From Vulcanimicrobiota bacterium (GTDB taxonomy: Bacteria; Vulcanimicrobiota; Vulcanimicrobiia; Vulcanimicrobiales; Vulcanimicrobiaceae): DNA of 64,000 bases. Of this stretch, positions 52,634-62,373 are shown one piece after another. The stretch lies in assembly GCA_963812155.1 (NCBI GenBank), contig CAWETW010000001.1, positions 805,689 to 869,688 of the forward strand. The letters are read 5' to 3'. Under the pieces are notes generated by a model. The model was not told the origin of the DNA, made no database searches, and saw only the letters and a list, made by a program, of their open reading frames with translations. The translations under genes and the position numbers were made by a program. Position 1 is the stretch's first letter, and each line of letters begins with the position of its first letter.

Positions 52634-53335
52634 GTGGTGTTAGCGACGGTGGAGAGTTCATACGGGTGCGACGCCGAGTTCTACGACCGCAGGACGGCAG
52701 CCTTCCAGAGGGACCGGTTGCGGATCATCGACGCACTCCCGCTGCGAGTCGGCGATGTTGTGCTCGATGTGGGCTGCGGGACCGGCCTGTGCTTCGAAGG
52801 TCTGCGAGACCGGGTGGGCAGCTCCGGTGTGGTCATCGGGATCGATCAGGCGCCGAAGATGGTTTCGCTGTCCGCTGACAGAATCGCGCGACACGGGTGG
52901 GACAACATCACCATCGTGCAAGCCCCGGTCGAAACCGCGGCTATCCCCGTTATGGCGGACGCGGCCCTGTTCTGCGCGGTACACGATGTCCTGCAGTCGC
53001 CGGCCGCGCTGGCCAACGTGTTCGACCATCTACGTCCGGGGGCGTGGGTCGCAGCGGGTGGCGGCAAGTACGCGCCGGAATGGATGGTCATGATGAACCC
53101 GATGATCCGGGCACAACACCGACCCTACATTCGATCGTTTGATGGCTTCGGCCGGCCCTGGGCTCGGCTGGAAGAGTTCCTCACCGATCTTCGGGTCGAC
53201 GAGTTCTCGCTCGGGGCGGGCTACGTCGCGGTCGGCCGGGCGCACTCCCGCGGCAGGGCTCAGGCCGGCTCACCCCCAACCGCTTGGCCGTCGATTGCCC
53301 CGGTCACAGATCGGCTCGCAGCGATCAGCACCTGA
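52634..53335 (+). CDS. Class I SAM-dependent methyltransferase
   Basis: VLDVGCGTG, VIGID, LRPGAW. Confidence 0.85.
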   Translation: MVLATVESSYGCDAEFYDRRTAAFQRDRLRIIDALPLRVGDVVLDVGCGTGLCFEGLRDRVGSSGVVIGIDQAPKMVSLSADRIARHGWDNITIVQAPVETAAIPVMADAALFCAVHDVLQSPAALANVFDHLRPGAWVAAGGGKYAPEWMVMMNPMIRAQHRPYIRSFDGFGRPWARLEEFLTDLRVDEFSLGAGYVAVGRAHSRGRAQAGSPPTAWPSIAPVTDRLAAIST

Positions 53336-54153
53336 GCGAAACGTGCCGGGTCGTTGAGAATGACGGCGTGGTCGCCGATCAACTCGAACACAGCAGCAGG
53401 CGGGATGGCGCGGGCGAGCCGGCGCTGACGACTTGGCGGCACCACATCGTCGGCCGTGGTGATAACGACAGCGGTGGGCACGTCGACCTCCGCGATCCAC
53501 TCATGCGAGGTGAACTCGACTGCCGACTCAACGGCCGACATGGCGGCAGGCAGGCTCGTCCTGGATAGCTGTGCTCGGGCCCACGCCCGCGATTCGCCAT
53601 CCTGGATGCGCCCCAGCAGGCTGCCGCCCAACCATTCAGCGGTGATCGCCTGCGCAAACGGCAATAGATACAGTGCCGCTGTCGTCGTCGGCAGGTAAAG
53701 CGATGTGAGTTTCTCCAGCCATGAGCCCCGGACGTTGCGAGCGGTGGCGCAGAGAACAAGCCCGGACACCAAGTGAGGATGCCTGCGCCACAGCAGTTGC
53801 GCGACCATCCCCCCGATGGAGTAGCCCACGACGGCGCAGCGTTTGATGTCGAGCACATCGGCCAGCGCAGCGATGTCGTCAACACTGTCCTCCAGCCGGA
53901 ACCGGGAGCCACCAAGCGGGATCCCGTCGCCATGGCCGCGCAGGTCAGGCGCCACAATGCGGAACTGCCGGCCGAGCTGCTCGAGAACCCGAAACCAGCA
54001 CAACTCGGCGGTCATCGCCACGCCGTGCAGCAGGACGAGCGTCTCCGCATCAGGTGGGCCGGCACACTGCCACACGGCAGTAGTGCCCCGTCCCGGGAGG
54101 TCCACCGAGCTGACCCAGGCTCTGTACGGACTGGTCGGCGCACATCGCACCAC
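53260..54153 (-). CDS. Alpha/beta hydrolase
   Basis: LLHG, PDLRGHG, GYSIGG, DDVVPP, GDH. Confidence 0.88.
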   Translation of the reverse strand: MVRCAPTSPYRAWVSSVDLPGRGTTAVWQCAGPPDAETLVLLHGVAMTAELCWFRVLEQLGRQFRIVAPDLRGHGDGIPLGGSRFRLEDSVDDIAALADVLDIKRCAVVGYSIGGMVAQLLWRRHPHLVSGLVLCATARNVRGSWLEKLTSLYLPTTTAALYLLPFAQAITAEWLGGSLLGRIQDGESRAWARAQLSRTSLPAAMSAVESAVEFTSHEWIAEVDVPTAVVITTADDVVPPSRQRRLARAIPPAAVFELIGDHAVILNDPARFAQVLIAASRSVTGAIDGQAVGGEPA

Positions 54154-54289
54154 GTTGTCCTCCTGCAGAATCCGATCTCAACGCCCCAGTACAGGCCGCT
54201 GCGCGGTCAAGCTCACGTCCTCCAGGATATGGGCTGAAGTGCCTGAATCGGCTCATTCTTACCCGCAGTTCCGCCCGAGCGAAGAGGCT

Positions 54290-54570
54290 TCACGGAATTA
54301 TTTGCATCATGCGCACGTGGGATCGCGCCACCAACAGGAACGGCTGTGCACAGATGCGGTGCACCGACCGATCGAAATCTGCGAACAACACGCCTGGCGA
54401 GCTCCAGCCGCGACTCATAGATGACATGGCGACCCTCGGTCGCCGACCAATAACTGCCGAGTAATGCTTCTGCCCGGTGCGCCATCGGCACTCACGCCAC
54501 GGCCACGCCGCAGCGAGGACGTCCGCGTCCGCGTCGACGAGCGAAACCGCCGACTCACCGACGTGCCGGT
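54290..54570 (-). pseudogene. TnsA-like transposase endonuclease subunit fragment
   Basis: PWR..RWRTGQKHYS, YWSATEGRHVIYESRLELAR, FADFDRSV..I.AQPFLL split over frames. Confidence 0.75.
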
Positions 54571-54692
54571 CGTCGCAGCGGTCCTCGCCCCCGAAGCCAT
54601 GCCAACCGCTACCGCTCGACCGCATCCGCACTGGCATGCATGCCCGAAGCATCGCACTCGCTAACGCGAATGCCGCGCAGGCACATTCGCGT

Positions 54693-54768
54693 GTCTCAGC
54701 GCCGCTTCAAATTTGAATCCCGTTGGAAGTTACCCATGAGAATTTGAAGCGCGGCGTGAGACCCTACA
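54693..54768 (-). mobile_element. Putative transposon end with TGT terminus and three ~20-bp binding sites
   Basis: Minus strand TGTAGGGT-CTCACGCCGCGCTTCAAATT-CTCATGGGTAACTTCCAACG, plus an inverted copy at 54693-54713. Confidence 0.55.
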
Positions 54769-54989
54769 CCCGCCGCCGCGTCGGTGGCGGTCGGCGATCG
54801 GTCAAGCGCCTTGGGCCGACCGATGAACAGACTCGTTCAAAACGTCGAGCGCCTCATCCGTCCCCATCCCGCCACGGCGACCGTGCACGACTACCACGAC
54901 GAACTCACACCAGTACTTGCCGCTTTGCTGCGAAAGCGCGCACCGGGCTACACCAAACTAGTGGTCACGTCCGTTAGTTCGTCGGGGGT

Positions 54990-55149
54990 CATCACCCATG
55001 AAGCGACGCGTGAGACAGTGCAGCAGGGCTACGCCGTGGCCACGGTGAAGCCCGAAGAGATCGCCGAGGTCATCGCATTCGCCCTCGCCCGACCCCGCCA
55101 CTTGGTCATCAACGAGATCCTGCTCCGTCCGGCCAGTCAACTCAACTGA
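54990..55149 (+). pseudogene. SDR oxidoreductase C-terminal fragment
   Basis: PEEIAEVIAFALARPRHLVINEILLRP. Confidence 0.7.
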
Positions 55150-55871
55150 CTACGAGCTCACGCCCGCTTCACCAGGACCGCTGCGTTAAGCCTTTCGGCG
55201 CCAAGGGCATTGCTCGGAAAGTTGGCACGCAGCAGCGAGCCGGAGGTGGTGCGGGCACAGCATACGACCAACAATCGTCATCTCTACTGCCAGCGTCGCT
55301 GCTTTCACTCGGAATTGATCGGCCCCCTAGGACGGCCGCGGCTCCGGCCAATCATGCCTATGTCACGTTACGAGCAGCGCCTTTGCGCCGCGCAACACGT
55401 GATGGAGCATCGACGTCGGATGAATGATCGAAAACTGATCGAGGCGCCTTCGGCACGTCCGCGACACGGTGGACATTTAGATGCCGATCGGGCTCGTCGA
55501 ACAGCGACGGCTGCGCGGCCTGGCTTCGACGCCATCGCGCTCCTCCAGTCCATCGTCGGACATGGACACGGGCACCGTGGCCGTCGGGCCATCGTGTGGC
55601 GGCAACACCGCCGCAAGTACCGTCGCGCCGACAGCGTAGCCGCGGCGGGCGACCTCAAACGCAAACTCGGGGGCAAGCGCGTGCACGCTCGGGCTGCCGG
55701 CGCCCTGCCACTGAGGCCATATCAGGCGGAGATGGCCGCCACCATCCCCGCTGGGGTCCCCGTCATTATCGTTTCACCGCTGCTCAGCGCTGTCCGTCAT
55801 ATCGCCAGCCATATCCGAGACAAAGTTTCAGACGCTCCTATGTCGTTTTCGAGACCGGGGATCATCATTGG

Positions 55872-56324
55872 ATGGACCTTAGGCTTCGGAGGGGAACCGA
55901 CCGGGATGCAGTTGCGGTGTCGGCCCTCTACCTCTCTGCCCGCAAGGCTGCGAAGGCCACGATCCCGATGACCGCCCACACCGATGACGAAGTACGGCGC
56001 TGGATTGCGGAGTGGGTCGTAGCTCACACCGAGCTTTGGGTAGCCGAGGACGATGGCGGCGCGCTGGTAGGCCTGTTGGTACTCGATGAAGACTGGCTCG
56101 AGCAGCTCTACGTCGAACCGACTTTGACCGGGTGTGGCATCGGCAGCGAGCTGATCGGGCTGGCAAAGCGCACTCGCCCGAAGGGCCTGAGGCTGTGGAC
56201 CTTCGAGTCGAATCTCGGGGCGCAACGTTTTTATGAGAGGCACGGGTTCCGCCCGATGGAACGGACCGCGGGTGACAACGAGGAAGGCGCCCCGGACATT
56301 CTCTACGTCTGGGATGCCTCGTGA
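55872..56324 (+). CDS. GNAT family acetyltransferase
   Basis: LEQLYVEP..TGCGIGSEL, LRLWTFESN..AQRFYERHGF. Confidence 0.88.
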   Translation: MDLRLRRGTDRDAVAVSALYLSARKAAKATIPMTAHTDDEVRRWIAEWVVAHTELWVAEDDGGALVGLLVLDEDWLEQLYVEPTLTGCGIGSELIGLAKRTRPKGLRLWTFESNLGAQRFYERHGFRPMERTAGDNEEGAPDILYVWDAS

Positions 56325-56399
56325 TGAGCTTTTCACGCGCGAGCCTTGACTAGTCAAATTCTGGTCCCGAAATTTGGCTCCAGAGAGCCAAATCGACCT

Positions 56400-56547
56400 G
56401 ACACCAAGGAAACCGGGCTATGGACCCTGTACTGGCGAGACCGGAACCTGAAATACCACCGCTACGAACCTCTCGATCCCAGCCCCGGAGTCTAAAGACC
56501 TGCTTGACTACCTCGATGACCGAGCCGATCCCATCTTCTGGGGATAG
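56400..56547 (+). pseudogene. DUF3024-like C-terminal fragment
   Basis: WTLYWRDRNLKYHRY then, after a frameshift, LLDYLDDRADPIFWG-stop. Confidence 0.65.
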
Positions 56548-56632
56548 CGACCGGCTACTCTCTTGTTCAGTGATGCGCTGACCGGTTGAGCGCTCTTGAG
56601 ACCACACGGACGTGAGGACCGGCTCAGTCAAA

Positions 56633-57220
56633 TCAGCGACCGAGTCGGCGCCGCCAGTCCCGAGCTCCGAGGAACCTGCCCGCCGCCGACACGATCTTGC
56701 CTTTGGTGCGGCTGAATGGGTACCAATTTGGTTCCTTCGTCATGGCAATCCGTTCGGTCACAATGCTTTTGGTCCGGCAGTACCTTCGGATTCCATTGGC
56801 GCCGCCGGAGCGGGAACCGATGCCAGAGTCCTTCCAGCCCGCCATTGGGAGGGGGAACTGGGAGACGCTAGTGAGGACGTTGTTGATGCTCACCGCGCCG
56901 GTGCTCATCTGCCGGGCCAGCGCCATCGCCTTGACCTTGTCGCGCGTCCAGATGCTGCCCGACAACCCAAACCGGGAGTCGTTGGCCTTCTCGATCGCCT
57001 CGGCCGCATCACGCACCTTCATCACCGGCAATGTGGGGCCGAACGTCTCCTCCCGCATGCAGTCTATGCCGTGGTCGACATCGACCAGCACCGTCGGGTC
57101 GTAGAACAGGCCATCGTCTCTCGGCTTCCCACCGGTGAGTACCGCCGCACCCTTGCTTACTGCGTCGCTGACATGCCGGGACACGGTGGCCAGTTGCTGC
57201 TCGGTCACCATCGCTCCCAC
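56633..57220 (-). pseudogene. Aldehyde dehydrogenase C-terminal fragment
   Basis: EETFGP, ANDSRFGL, GWKDSGIG; N-terminal two thirds absent. Confidence 0.85.
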
Positions 57221-57488
57221 ATCGCAGGAAAGACAGTCGGATGCTCACCATGGGCCATGACAAGGCCTCTGTCGCCGAACTGGTAAGAGCTGAGTCGTCG
57301 GTCACGCGATAGACGCTGCGACCGCCAGGGTTCCACCATTGCGGCGACGTGATCATGGCCGCTCCGAGGCGTGCACGCGACTTATCCAGCGAGAGTTTCG
57401 ACTCAGCGATGTCGGTCATTTTCCATGAAGCGAGAGCAGTGTCATGCGCCCGCCTGCGGAATTGACGGGATGCCCGACAGCGCCAACC

Positions 57489-58253
57489 TCAGACCGTCAC
57501 AACCTCGATGCCTGCATCGGTGAAGGGGCGGATCTGCTCGTCGGTCGCACTGGAATCGGTGACCAAGGTGACGGGGGGAGGCAGGGGTGCCCAGGCGTGA
57601 AACGGTCGCTGTCCTAGCTTCGCGGCGTGCGCGAGGACGTACACCGCGCCGGCACGCTCGATCATGAGTTCCTTGAGCCGGGTCTGTTCCAGCTCTGCCT
57701 CGCATATTCCGCGATCGGCGGTGACGGCGTCGGCGCCGAGAAACGCGCGGTCGAAGGACACTCGGGCAAGCGCAGCTTCGGTAAGCGGCCCGAGGAAGCC
57801 CTGGCTGAGGTGTCGCAATGTTCCCCCGAGGCATTCGACCCGCACGTCGTCGGCGTCGGCGAGCGCCTCGAGGGCCGTGAGCCCGGCGGTGATAACCGTG
57901 AGCCGCTGCGTGTCGCGCAGAAACTCTCCCATCGCACCGACGGTGGTGCCAGCGTCGAGCAGGACCGTCTCGCCGGGAAGCACTTGGCTCGCTGCCCATT
58001 TCGCGATCGCCCGCTTGGCATCGAATCCTTCGAGCGCGCGCTGTCGGATCGACGACTCCGGATGCGCATTGAGGGCGATCGCGCCTCCATAGGTTCGCGC
58101 GAGCAAACCCTCGGAGGTCAGCTTTCCAAGATCACGGCGGATGGTCGACGGGGTGACGCCGAAGAGGATCGCCAGATCATCGACGCTCGCGAGGCCGCTG
58201 GTCTTGGCCAGTCGGACGATCTCGGAACGTCGCGCCTGTGACTGTCGGACCAT
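57489..58253 (-). CDS. DeoR/GlpR family regulator
   Basis: VTPSTIRRDL, RTYGGA, LDAGTT, FLGADA. Confidence 0.93.
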   Translation of the reverse strand: MVRQSQARRSEIVRLAKTSGLASVDDLAILFGVTPSTIRRDLGKLTSEGLLARTYGGAIALNAHPESSIRQRALEGFDAKRAIAKWAASQVLPGETVLLDAGTTVGAMGEFLRDTQRLTVITAGLTALEALADADDVRVECLGGTLRHLSQGFLGPLTEAALARVSFDRAFLGADAVTADRGICEAELEQTRLKELMIERAGAVYVLAHAAKLGQRPFHAWAPLPPPVTLVTDSSATDEQIRPFTDAGIEVVTV

Positions 58254-58263
58254 CGCGCCTTTC

Positions 58264-59272
58264 CTAGACTGCGGCCTTGCTGGTGGCCAGTTCCGCCGCC
58301 TGCCGCAGGGCCTCGACCATGCTACCGGCCTCGGCGATTCCCTTACCTGCGATATCGAAGGCCGTTCCGTGATCGACGGACGTGCGGATGACGGGCAAGC
58401 CGACGGTGATATTGACGCCCGCCTCGAGGCCGAGCACCTTGACCGGACCGTGTCCCTGATCGTGGTACATCGCGACGATGAGGTCGTAATCCCCACGGCC
58501 GGCGAGGAAGAACGCGGTGTCAGCGGGCAACGGCCCGTGCACATCGATTCCTTCGGCACGCAGCGCTTCGACTGCGGGAATGATCTTCTGCTCCTCTTCG
58601 CCGTAGCCGAACAGGCCTCCCTCACCGGCGTGCGGGTTGATACCGCACACCCCGATCTTCGGGTTCGCGTTACCCGATCGCACGAGCGCGTCGTGACCGC
58701 GGCGGATGGTCCGCTCCACCAGCCCGGGCTCGATTTTGGCCACCGCGTCCAACAGCCCGATGTGGGTGGTCACGTGGATGACCTTGAGCGTCGGTGAGGA
58801 GAGCATCATCGACACCTCTTCGGTACCCGTCAGGTGCGCGAGCACCTCGGTGTGGCCGGGGAAGATGTGTCCGGCGGCATGCAGGGCTTCCTTGTTCAGC
58901 GGAGCGGTGCAGATCGCCTGTACGTCGCCGGCCACTGCCAGTTCGCTTGCCACGCGGATGTATTCGTAGGCCGCGTGGCCTGCCACAGCGGACAGTTCGC
59001 CCCAAGGGAGATCGTCGGGAAGCAGACCCAGATCGATGACATTGATCCGTGCCAGGATTGAACTCGGCGTCGGAAACCCGTTCGACGGCAACGATCTGCG
59101 GCTCCAGGCCGAGAACTCTGGCCGCACGCCGCAGACGCGCTGCGTCACCGATGACGACGGGGTGGCACCATCCGGCGACTTGCGGATCGAGCATCGCCGG
59201 CACGATGACCTCCGGCCCGATACCGGCACCGTCACCCATCGTCACGGCAACGTAGGGAAGGTTCTTTGACAT
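58264..59272 (-). CDS. pdxA: PdxA2-type 4-phospho-acid-sugar dehydrogenase, frameshift near 59050
   Basis: TMGDGAGIGPE, TAPLNKE, PGHTE, NPHAGE, AMYHDQG, RTSVDHGTAFDIAG. Confidence 0.92.
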
Positions 59273-60364
59273 GGGATGTGCCTCACTGTTGTTGGGTCGT
59301 AGATATGCGGCGATCGTCGCGAGTGAGCGATGGTCGCCGAAACTGCCCGGCCGGGTCACCACGATCCGGCCGTCCGGCGTGACGGACGCGATGGCGCCCG
59401 CATGGATTTCGTGAATGGGTTCGATTCGATCCACGCCGAGTCGATCGAGCACGGTCCGAGCGGTTTCGCCACCGGTGAGCACTAGATCTGTGGAGTCATC
59501 GATGATCCCGGCGGCGACGTCGGCGAGGGCGTGCACCAGCCGATGTGCGTTCTCGGGCGCGACCGGCCCGTCGATGGCGAGAGCCACTGCATCGTGCGCT
59601 ACCGGCTTGACAGCGCGCCCTGCAAGCAGGTCCGCCGAGTCAATTCGCACGACCGCCGTCCCGGCGGATTCGAGCTCACGCAGCTGAGCGCAGGCGCCGG
59701 AATCGGCTGTTCCGACCACGATTACCGTACGTGAGGATGCAGCGACGGGGCGCGCTGCTGAACGTTGCGGCAGTGTCCGCGCGACAGCGGCGGTCAGTGC
59801 GCCCGTTCCGATCAGAATTGTGTCCGCAGTTGCGTGGGCGACAACGCTATCCAGGTCAGCGTCGGAGGTGATATCGACGATCTGAACTCCGGGTACGTGA
59901 CCTGCCGCGTCTGCGATGCTGCGGGGCGCCGGGGCGCTCTCCGCTGTCCATAGGTCGGTCTGGTCCAACGGGATTCCGTCGACGAGCACCACTCCCTCGA
60001 CCACGGTGCGTCCCAGCTTGGGATTGCCGGCGGCGATGATGACAGGCCGCCCGGTGGCGGCCGCGGCACGCACGGTGGCGTCGATGGGGCCGCGAAGCAG
60101 CGAGTCGATCTTAATGATCGTTTGCCTGCCGTCTGCGATCGAAAGGGCTTGGGCCACGGCATCCTCCGCGTCAGCGACACAGAGTCGGCGCGTGTGCAGG
60201 TCGAGCACCGTCACCGGTCGGCTTGGGACGCCGGCGTGCAGGAGCACCTCGACACCGAGTCCGCGCCCGATGAATCCGGCTGCGGCTTCTGCTGCGCCGG
60301 ACAGGTCGTCGGCCAGCACCAGCACATGTCGCTGGTCACCGCCGATACCTCCGGTTCTCGTCAC
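59273..60364 (-). CDS. DUF1537 four-carbon acid-sugar kinase
   Basis: ADDLSGA, KIDSLLRG, GRTVVEG, LTGGETA, TRPGSFG. Confidence 0.9.
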
Positions 60365-60434
60365 CTCGTCCTCGCCAAAATTATTGCGTGTTTCGTGCGA
60401 TTAATACTAACAGAATTGCGCGTTGTACGCATTT

Positions 60435-61115
60435 TCATAACGATGCCCCGGCGCACTGCACCAGCGCCTGGCCGGTGATGCTGCGGGCGTCGGGGCTCAA
60501 CAGGAATGCCACGCTCCCCGCGATCTCCTCCGGTTCGATCAACCGGCCAAACGGGGGGATCTGGGGCGGGGTGGCGGCGCGGGCCGGGTCGGTGAGCATC
60601 GGCGTCGAGGTCGGTCCTGGAGCTACAACGTTCACGGTGATCGCCCTCTCGAGCAGCTCAAGGGCCCACGACCGGGCCATCGCCAGCTGGGCAGCCTTGG
60701 TTGCGGTGTACTGACTCTTACCCGCCGCACCGGTCATGGTCCGGGAGCCGACCAGCACGATGCGTCCACCGTCGACGACGTCACCGATCAGCGCATTGAC
60801 CAGCTCCTCAGCGGCCCCGACATGTACCTCCCACATCTCCCGGCCGTCCGCGAGCGACAGCTGGCCCAGTCGGGCCGATCGCTGCAGGCCCGCGGCATGC
60901 ACGATCGCATCGATCGAGCCGAGCCCCGATACCGCAGATCGGACACCGGGCAGGTCGCTGAGATCGCACTGCCGCCAGGAGAACGCATCGTGGTCGAAGT
61001 CGGGTTTGCGTCTGGACAATCCGATCACCGACCAGCCGTCGTCCAGTAATCGCCGGACAACAGTCGCACCGATACCGGAGCTGACGCCGGTGACGACCGC
61101 GCGCCGCTGAGACAT
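60435..61115 (-). CDS. SDR oxidoreductase
   Basis: VTGVSSGIG, YTATK, NVVAPG, ITGQ. Confidence 0.9.
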   Translation of the reverse strand: MSQRRAVVTGVSSGIGATVVRRLLDDGWSVIGLSRRKPDFDHDAFSWRQCDLSDLPGVRSAVSGLGSIDAIVHAAGLQRSARLGQLSLADGREMWEVHVGAAEELVNALIGDVVDGGRIVLVGSRTMTGAAGKSQYTATKAAQLAMARSWALELLERAITVNVVAPGPTSTPMLTDPARAATPPQIPPFGRLIEPEEIAGSVAFLLSPDARSITGQALVQCAGASL

Positions 61116-61132
61116 TGGGGTGTGCCGCTGGG

Positions 61133-62347
61133 TCACGTTGTCGGGCCGTCCTGCACCCACGATGGATCGACGCGCACGTATTGGATGGCCTGCCGGAATC
61201 GGGTGAAGGCGATGTGCAGCATTTCGTCGGCCGAACCGGTGATGCTGGGGTAGGAGTATTCGCGGTTGAGTCCGTCGCGGGAGTTGTTGGTGAGGCAGTA
61301 TCCGTCGCCGGTCTCCAGGTCTCGGCGCAGTGGCCACGTCAGTCCGCCGTCATCGGAGATGGCCAGCGTCATTGGGGCACGAGGCGCCCCCCAGAACGCT
61401 GACCGGCTGTCACCGTCGTCGATGGGTGTGACACTCTGCACGGCAGCCCCCTCTGCTAACCCGTCGTCATCGATCTCGTCGTAGAGGGAGGTGCGCCGCT
61501 CGGTTGCATCGAGGGCACTGGAGTTGTTGAACACCAAGGCAAGTCGGTCATCGGGCAGCACCACGAACTGGATCGACGAGTTGTTGTTCGGCAGTTCGGT
61601 GGCGACTGGAGCCGACCACGTCTCGCCGTCGTCGCAGGACACACTTCGGTAGATATGGTCCGCCCACCGGCTGCGGTAGAGCGCGATCAACGATCCGTTC
61701 GACAGTCGGCCGATGTTCATGTGGACGCATCCGATGCTGTCGGGAACGAGAACCTCGCGCCACGTCTCGCCGTCGTCGGAAATCAGCACGCCGCTGTAGT
61801 CGCGGTCGCCGACCCATTTGCGGCCGGGAACACGCACGCAGTGGAACACCGGCAGCAGCAGTCGACCCGAGGGCAGCACGGTGATCGGCTGCCGGACGAA
61901 GACCCCGCCGGCATCTGTTTCCGGGATCAGCGTGTGCGTGGGGCCCCAGTTGCGGCCACCGTCTGTAGAGATTCGGCGCAACACGCGGGCAGTGTCCTGG
62001 TTGCCGGCGTGCTGGGAGGTCCACAGTAGCCACACGCACCGATCGTCGACGACGTGCAGAATGGGGTTCTGTTCCGACCGGCTGGGGTCGTCGGATAATT
62101 GCACCGGTGTCGACCACTGGTCTGAGCCCGGCGTCAGGGCCGAGAACCAGACACTGATGTCGGGGACGCCCTCCTGGGTGCCCGCGAACCAGACACAGCC
62201 AAGCGAATTATCTGGCAGGAGGGCGAGATTCGCTGCGTGATTCTGCACCTGCGGCGCGGGCAGCAGAGCATCCGATCGTCCGCCCTGCTCGCTCGACCGC
62301 ACGACGCCGTCGGTACTTCCGGAAATGGTGCCTGTTGGGTCGGTCAT
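61133..62347 (-). CDS. BNR/Asp-box sialidase-like protein
   Basis: Asp boxes STDGGRNW, SDDGETW, SCDDGETW, SDDGGLTW; YSYP near C-terminus. Confidence 0.88.
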   Translation of the reverse strand: MTDPTGTISGSTDGVVRSSEQGGRSDALLPAPQVQNHAANLALLPDNSLGCVWFAGTQEGVPDISVWFSALTPGSDQWSTPVQLSDDPSRSEQNPILHVVDDRCVWLLWTSQHAGNQDTARVLRRISTDGGRNWGPTHTLIPETDAGGVFVRQPITVLPSGRLLLPVFHCVRVPGRKWVGDRDYSGVLISDDGETWREVLVPDSIGCVHMNIGRLSNGSLIALYRSRWADHIYRSVSCDDGETWSAPVATELPNNNSSIQFVVLPDDRLALVFNNSSALDATERRTSLYDEIDDDGLAEGAAVQSVTPIDDGDSRSAFWGAPRAPMTLAISDDGGLTWPLRRDLETGDGYCLTNNSRDGLNREYSYPSITGSADEMLHIAFTRFRQAIQYVRVDPSWVQDGPTT

Positions 62348-62373
62348 CGGTGCTCCGGATCTGTGGTGGAGGG

